32,000 bases of DNA from the NCBI RefSeq assembly GCF_000014265.1, contig NC_008312.1, forward strand, positions 4,680,001 through 4,712,000, given 5' to 3'. Made by a program: the position numbers and the translations under genes. The DNA comes from Trichodesmium erythraeum IMS101. Its GTDB lineage: Bacteria > Cyanobacteriota > Cyanobacteriia > Cyanobacteriales > Microcoleaceae. Numbering within the stretch: position 1 is the stretch's first letter; each line of letters begins with the position of its first letter. Positions 27,420 to 32,000 of the stretch are shown here, one piece after another. Under the pieces are notes generated by a model. It was given only the letters and a program-made list of their open reading frames with translations, was not told where the DNA came from and did no database searches.

Positions 27420-28280
27420 TCTACTTTACAGTTTGGGGAATAAAGTAAAGACAACAAGGTAGTGCCTCAGTAAAGTGTGGGATAAGTAATTAAGTCGTTC
27501 CCACTCCAAGGAGCGATCGCGTTCCTCAGCTCTTTGCCTAGCAGTATTTTCTTTGGGACTATGAACCCAAATCAAATAAAGTAGGCCCTCGCCAACCTTA
27601 CTGTTACCTCAGTTTGTTGCCAGAGCTTGCCAAATTTATTCTCTCGGCGATGCCATCGACCGAGCTGCTGTCTGATAATTCCATTTGTGCCTTCCAATTA
27701 CAGGGCAATGGTTTTTACCAATAATGTGTTCTATTACAGGGCAATACTCGTTCATACCCTCCAATCATCAGTTAGCCATTTTTTACAGCTAGTTTTCCCT
27801 TCTGTGTTGACGACCAATTCCTCAATGAACTGGTCAGTATGTTTACTTACTCTAGCACTCAGAATTAATCTACTGGATGAAGCCTAGGGGCTTGCCAACC
27901 CAAGAATTCCCTTCTCTCAATTCCTGATACTGGCACTGTTTTTGTTTTTTTGGATGAGTGACCAAAACTCATCACTGTTGATTTGTGAGGTATTGATATT
28001 CTGGAGATGAGCATTATGAATCTATTTGTTCTTTTTCAGAGGGAGCTCTCACCAAACTAACTATCGTATTATCGGCCAAATTCACTGTTCGACTAATCCC
28101 TCTTAAACTACTGCCCTCAACGTGAGCCTCTAGAACCATTCGTATTTGTTCAGGTTGAATTGTTCTACAATAGTAGAGAGTGTCAAAAGTATCGGTAAAA
28201 GTTTGTAGGCATTCAGGACAATAATATTGTTGACAACATTACTGGTCTTTCCATTTTTATGAGTTTTCTGATGGGGACAT
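27420..28280 (-). pseudogene. IS1-family transposase pseudogene (relic 2, a different subgroup from relic 1)
   Basis: Minus-strand pieces: CPECLQTFTDTFDTLYYCRTIQPEQIRMVLEAHVEGSSLRGISRTVNLADNTIVSLV (zinc finger plus HTH), DE.WSLIQKKQKQC and TDDWRVYERVLP...HIIGKN....IGRHKWNYQ (compare TD.W..Y....P...H.I.K..T..IER.N..LR of IS1 InsB). Many stops are present. Confidence 0.6.
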
Positions 28281-28447
28281 AGAGTACATTATAGAAAGTA
28301 TTTAAGGACAACGATTATATTACCATTCCCAAAATTTCTTGATGCACTAACCGTAATTCTTATAAATTAGATTTGTGTATGGGTAATGGCAATCAGATAG
28401 AGTTATTTTCATTTCCTAACTAACCAAGAAGATTGACTCAGCCATAA

Positions 28448-28621
28448 GCTTGTGGTCTAATAAATTTAGATTTAGAAGTAGATAATATTGATGAGTCTGT
28501 TGATTATTTTAAATATCACGGTATAGAAGTAGAAAATATTAGAACTGACGAAATAACTGGCAAATGTTTTACTTTCTTTCTAGATCCAGATAAATTACCC
28601 TTAGCAATTTATAAAATTTAA
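28448..28621 (+). pseudogene. C-terminal fragment of a VOC/glyoxalase-family protein (no start codon)
   Basis: The open frame after the stop at 28445-28447 reads ..GLINLDLEVDNIDESVDYFKYHGIEVENIRTDEITGKCFTFFLDPDKLPLAIYKI*. This is the second beta-alpha-beta-beta-beta module pattern of VOC proteins (...V.D.D......K..G.........G....F.DPD....E.). There is no in-frame ATG/GTG upstream. Confidence 0.45.
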
Positions 28622-28722
28622 TATTTTAATTAGTAGTTTGATGATTATTATTTAAAGTAAAGGTAGTAAATAGGAAGTAGCTAAGACTAAAATTGAGATA
28701 GTTTTTTGAGTAGTTTTATTTC

Positions 28723-29409
28723 CTACTTATTCATCTTTTGTTCTGTCGATAATTTTTGCCCAATTCGAGGTTCTTTACAAGCTAAAAGTCGTTCAATATT
28801 GCTAATGTGACGCCAAATCACATATATACCACCAGTAATAGCAAATATCTGATAAGGAAGTGGTTGACCTGTGAAAAACATCAAACCAGAAACAGAAATA
28901 GCAGCTATAATAGAACTCAAAGAAACAATACGACTAATAGTAAGAACAACAATAAATACAGAAAGTGTTCCTAAACCAACAACCCAAGAGATTGCTAATA
29001 AAATACCCAGACTAGAAGCAACAGACTTGCCTCCTTTAAAACCAATCCAAATAGATTTAGTATGACCTACTATAGCAATTAATCCGGCTATTATAACCAT
29101 CCATTCTTTTGCTGTATCAATATCAGTTACTCCAGCAATAATAGTTAGGTTTTGAGCAAACACCAGAGAGTAAATATAGCGAACCAAAGCGATCGCTAAT
29201 GCACCCTTAAAAATATCAATAACCAATACAACTAAAGCAGGCACATTTCCCAAAGTTCTTAATACATTAGTTGCGCCTGTGGAACCAGAACCCTGTTCAC
29301 GAATGTCAACACCATAAAACCAAGAACCTATCCAATAACCACTAGGAGTAGCACCCAATAGATAGGCAACAATTAATATTACTGCATTTAGTACTAACCA
29401 ATTAATCAT
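28723..29409 (-). CDS. plsY: Glycerol-3-phosphate acyltransferase PlsY (acyl-phosphate dependent)
   Basis: 228-aa polytopic membrane protein with the PlsY motifs GSGSTGATNVLRTLG, GHTKSIWIGFKGGKSVASSLG and HRxNI-like WRHISNIERL. Confidence 0.92.
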   Translation of the reverse strand: MINWLVLNAVILIVAYLLGATPSGYWIGSWFYGVDIREQGSGSTGATNVLRTLGNVPALVVLVIDIFKGALAIALVRYIYSLVFAQNLTIIAGVTDIDTAKEWMVIIAGLIAIVGHTKSIWIGFKGGKSVASSLGILLAISWVVGLGTLSVFIVVLTISRIVSLSSIIAAISVSGLMFFTGQPLPYQIFAITGGIYVIWRHISNIERLLACKEPRIGQKLSTEQKMNK

Positions 29410-29745
29410 TAACTTATTCCTTTAAAAAATTAGCATGGCGCTACGCACCAGTCAAAAGTCATGTATTCAAAAATAATTAATGAAGTGAGTTTTTCGGACT
29501 TTAAATGATCCGGAAATATGATTTATCAATGTCCCTACTCTACATAGGTAGTGCTATAATAGAAGCAATCAATGTTAGATATTTTTGGATAAATCTTTCC
29601 TCAATTAATGACATAGTTAAAAAATAAATTATAATTTTTCAATATGCAACACTTTTTGGTGTTAGTAATTTCAAAAATTAACCAGGCATTGGTAATAAAG
29701 AGAATAATTTATTTCATGTCTGCCCACTTTTTCCTTTTTTCTTCT

Positions 29746-30918
29746 TCAATAAAATTTATCGGTTGAGTTTTGAGAATTAAGCTCAGGAGCAAAGGCCAAC
29801 CATAGAGGAAACTGTAACATAGAAAGACTAATTTTATCTTCCGTATCATCAATCACAATTATTGGTAACTTGCCCTGCCTCACCAACCGATCTGCTTTTT
29901 GGGCCAATACTTCCGATTCCTCAAACAAAGCCACACCTCTCTCTGGGCTAAAATCACGGCGGTCAATTCCCAGACAATCTTGTAAACCACGACGCCATTC
30001 TCCCAAACGCTCAGGAGAATTAGCAAGTATCAGAGGACGTAGCCTTGTATCATACAAATCTCTGAGTATAGAAACAATTGCCGAAGCCACCAAAATATTT
30101 TGTAAGCGACTACCCATAGTTCGGAGGGAACCACGACCACCTTGAGAGAAAAACCAATTTGAGACTCTTTCTGCATGAATAGGCTCAAATGTACGCCGTA
30201 ATTTCCAAGGGAGACCATAATAATCAGGCATCTTCCTATATTCCTCCATAATCTGGCGAATCTGTCTAGTTTGTTCCTCAAAACCCATTTCAGCAAATTT
30301 AGGATTTTCATAATTGTTGACAGATATAGGAACATCTTCCACTATAGGAGTAGGATACTCCTCTTTTTGTGGAGTTAACTCTAACTGTTCGGCAGCAGCA
30401 GCCAAATCTTGCAAGCTTCCCACCAAATAATCTTTAAAACCCTTAATTCTAATTGCCAAATCCTGAGAAGTGCCAGCAAAAGTAGTCCGCATCTCCTTTT
30501 CAATACGTTCTTTGCGATGCTCTAGTTTTTCTACCTCTATTTGCAAGGTTTGTTTATGTTGCTCCAACTGACTTAAAGCTTCTGGGACTAAACTCCCTAT
30601 AGCCTTAGTTTGGGCTATCACTTCTTGTTGTAATTTAGCCTTAATTTCTTGTAAAGTAGCTATTTCTTCTTTCAAGTTTTGTTGTTGCTGTAGTCGATCA
30701 ATAACTACTGTTGTTAATTCTTTTTCATTTTTATCAACTGGCGCGGTTGTAGAGTCCTCAGTCAAACTAGAAGAATCTGTAGAAAGAGTTTCAATCTTGA
30801 TTTTTTCATCTAAGTCGGTAGCTTCAGGAATTATTTGATTTAAGTTATCTGAATTCACTGAAGTTTTTGTTAATGGTTCTTTTGGTTCTTTTGGTTGTAT
30901 TTTGTCTGGGTACATCAT
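29746..30918 (-). CDS. Conserved cyanobacterial coiled-coil protein (DUF3086-like; family name from memory)
   Basis: 390-aa ORF. The N-terminus is low-complexity, followed by a heptad-rich Q/E/K region (LQQQQNLKEEIATLQEIKAKLQQEV...LEHRKERIEKE) and a conserved-looking C-terminal domain (YGLPWKLRRTFEPIHAERVSNWFFSQGGRGSLRTMGSRLQNIL). Confidence 0.75.
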   Translation of the reverse strand: MMYPDKIQPKEPKEPLTKTSVNSDNLNQIIPEATDLDEKIKIETLSTDSSSLTEDSTTAPVDKNEKELTTVVIDRLQQQQNLKEEIATLQEIKAKLQQEVIAQTKAIGSLVPEALSQLEQHKQTLQIEVEKLEHRKERIEKEMRTTFAGTSQDLAIRIKGFKDYLVGSLQDLAAAAEQLELTPQKEEYPTPIVEDVPISVNNYENPKFAEMGFEEQTRQIRQIMEEYRKMPDYYGLPWKLRRTFEPIHAERVSNWFFSQGGRGSLRTMGSRLQNILVASAIVSILRDLYDTRLRPLILANSPERLGEWRRGLQDCLGIDRRDFSPERGVALFEESEVLAQKADRLVRQGKLPIIVIDDTEDKISLSMLQFPLWLAFAPELNSQNSTDKFY

Positions 30919-31162
30919 GAAAAAAAATATAAAAAATTTATACTATTGAAAAAGAAAAAATTCCCATAGCTAGACTAAAAAAGCTGTAGTAATTTATGAA
31001 GTGGAAATAACACAGAAAAACTTTTGTTTTTCCAATCTCAAACTTTACATATTCTAGCTAGTGCAGTTTGTGACAAATAAAATAACTGATAAATTACAAA
31101 ATTATTAAAGTAATACTCATCAACAATACTTTTTAATTTTGATTTCTGGGTAGCGGCATCAG

Positions 31163-31555
31163 TTAATCCTGATTTAAAGGAAAGTTATTTTCTAGGCAAG
31201 TTCGCAACATTTTAGGATCAAAAATAATTGGTAGAAAATGGATACTTTTAATTTCCCTAAAATAGAATAGAATGGGAATAGGAGACCAGAATATTTCCCA
31301 GTTGAGCCAATCTTGATAAGGAAAGTTTCGTAAGAGTTTCTCTGAACGGTATACTTCTAAGGCTGTCTCAGTAAATTTCAGACGGATAGTTATTGTTTGA
31401 ATTAATAGAAAAAGTCCCAATATAGCGATCGCTATACTCACCCATTTTTGTATAAATGCCAAAGGTAATGCAGCAATTATTAGGACTAAAGGAATTTTAT
31501 AACTAGGGGCAAGTTCAATAGCTTGTTTTGCTTGTGAGGTAGAAATAGTAGTCAT
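31163..31555 (-). CDS. Small two-TM membrane protein (DUF3119-like; family name from memory)
   Basis: 130-aa ORF with two hydrophobic helices (IPLVLIIAALPLAF, VSIAIAILGLFLLIQTI) followed by RNFPYQDWLNWEIFWSPIPILFYFREIKSIHFLPIIFD. Confidence 0.7.
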   Translation of the reverse strand: MTTISTSQAKQAIELAPSYKIPLVLIIAALPLAFIQKWVSIAIAILGLFLLIQTITIRLKFTETALEVYRSEKLLRNFPYQDWLNWEIFWSPIPILFYFREIKSIHFLPIIFDPKMLRTCLENNFPLNQD

Positions 31556-32000
31556 AGTTTTATGTTAATTAATTCAATATAATTATCTATTTTTATTTTC
31601 TGTTTCTTGTTATCTACAAAAATCAGTCAAACATAATATTTGAGTGATTAGTTATTTCTATTCGGTGCTTCAACTGGAAGTATATGCAATCTTTATTCTA
31701 CAAGCATACGAGGTCGAACTGAGGTGACATTGCTAAGTTGTTGACTGCATTCAAACCTCATTTCACAACTAAAACTACACTAAAAGTATTTCAGCTAACA
31801 TAACTTTTTGCTCTTTATTTGGGTGCAATTTATTTTTTAATCCAAGTATTATAAAGCAGATAATTGGTTATTGTTATATTATAGATAATATCAGATTACA
31901 GCAAATACTTACAAAGCCTAATTTTTAAAACTTCAAAAACTACAATTGCAATTACTTTTTTGGTAATGAATCTTACCACCCTCTTAAAAAAAGTTTTTTT

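Noticed and set aside
27627-27887. 86-aa plus-strand ORF
   Set aside because: It lies antisense within the IS1-family relic. It has a Cys/Ser/Leu-rich chance composition and no motifs.
28871-29065. 64-aa plus-strand ORF inside plsY
   Set aside because: It is antisense to plsY.
29870-30335. Two overlapping ORFs (29870-30145 plus strand and 30030-30335 minus strand in an alternative frame) within the coiled-coil protein gene
   Set aside because: They are shadow ORFs of the 390-aa gene and have no independent support.
31640-31760. Short stem (TGAGGT ... ACCTCA) and a GGTCGAA-like string checked as a possible tRNA or small RNA
   Set aside because: There is no cloverleaf, no T-loop GTTCGAATC consensus and no acceptor-stem pairing. 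I could not recognise a tRNA anywhere in the window.

Overview
AT-rich cyanobacterial chromosome segment. I counted 11 perfect HIP1 octamers (GCGATCGC). Only about half of the 32 kb is intact coding sequence. There are very long ORF-free AT-rich spacers and a lot of insertion-sequence and intron debris. This architecture resembles Trichodesmium-type genomes, but that is an inference, not a database hit. Recognisable housekeeping genes are a 5'-truncated TRAP permease (dctM), gun4, an RfaE-domain-II heptose-1-P adenylyltransferase, an HpsJ-like membrane protein with a GT2 glycosyltransferase, dxs, plsY and two conserved cyanobacterial DUF-type genes. Accessory content is as follows. (i) The most interesting locus is at 1.4-5.2 kb. 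It holds an untracked 57-aa ORF whose C-terminus is a tandem FD(A/S)DGGDRH motif and which sits behind a tandemly duplicated promoter-like segment. Downstream on the same strand are a JmjC/cupin-4 ribosomal-oxygenase-type Fe(II)/2OG enzyme, with a decayed duplicate of its own 3' end, and an Apd1/Aim32-type bis-His [2Fe-2S] thioredoxin-like protein. I propose this as a candidate undescribed RiPP-like peptide-hydroxylation cassette. (ii) A tightly coupled COP23 and S1 serine protease pair lies upstream of a paralogous protease-TPR fusion and a protein made only of seven SdrD-B-like Ca-binding repeats. (iii) Two diverged ~470-bp AT-rich dispersed repeats lie in long spacers. (iv) Mobile-element relics include a TnpB pseudogene, two IS1-family pseudogenes, IS630 fragments (one split by a MITE-like insert), an IS701-like fragment and a group II intron reverse-transcriptase relic. 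I recognised no rRNA, tRNA or CRISPR array.
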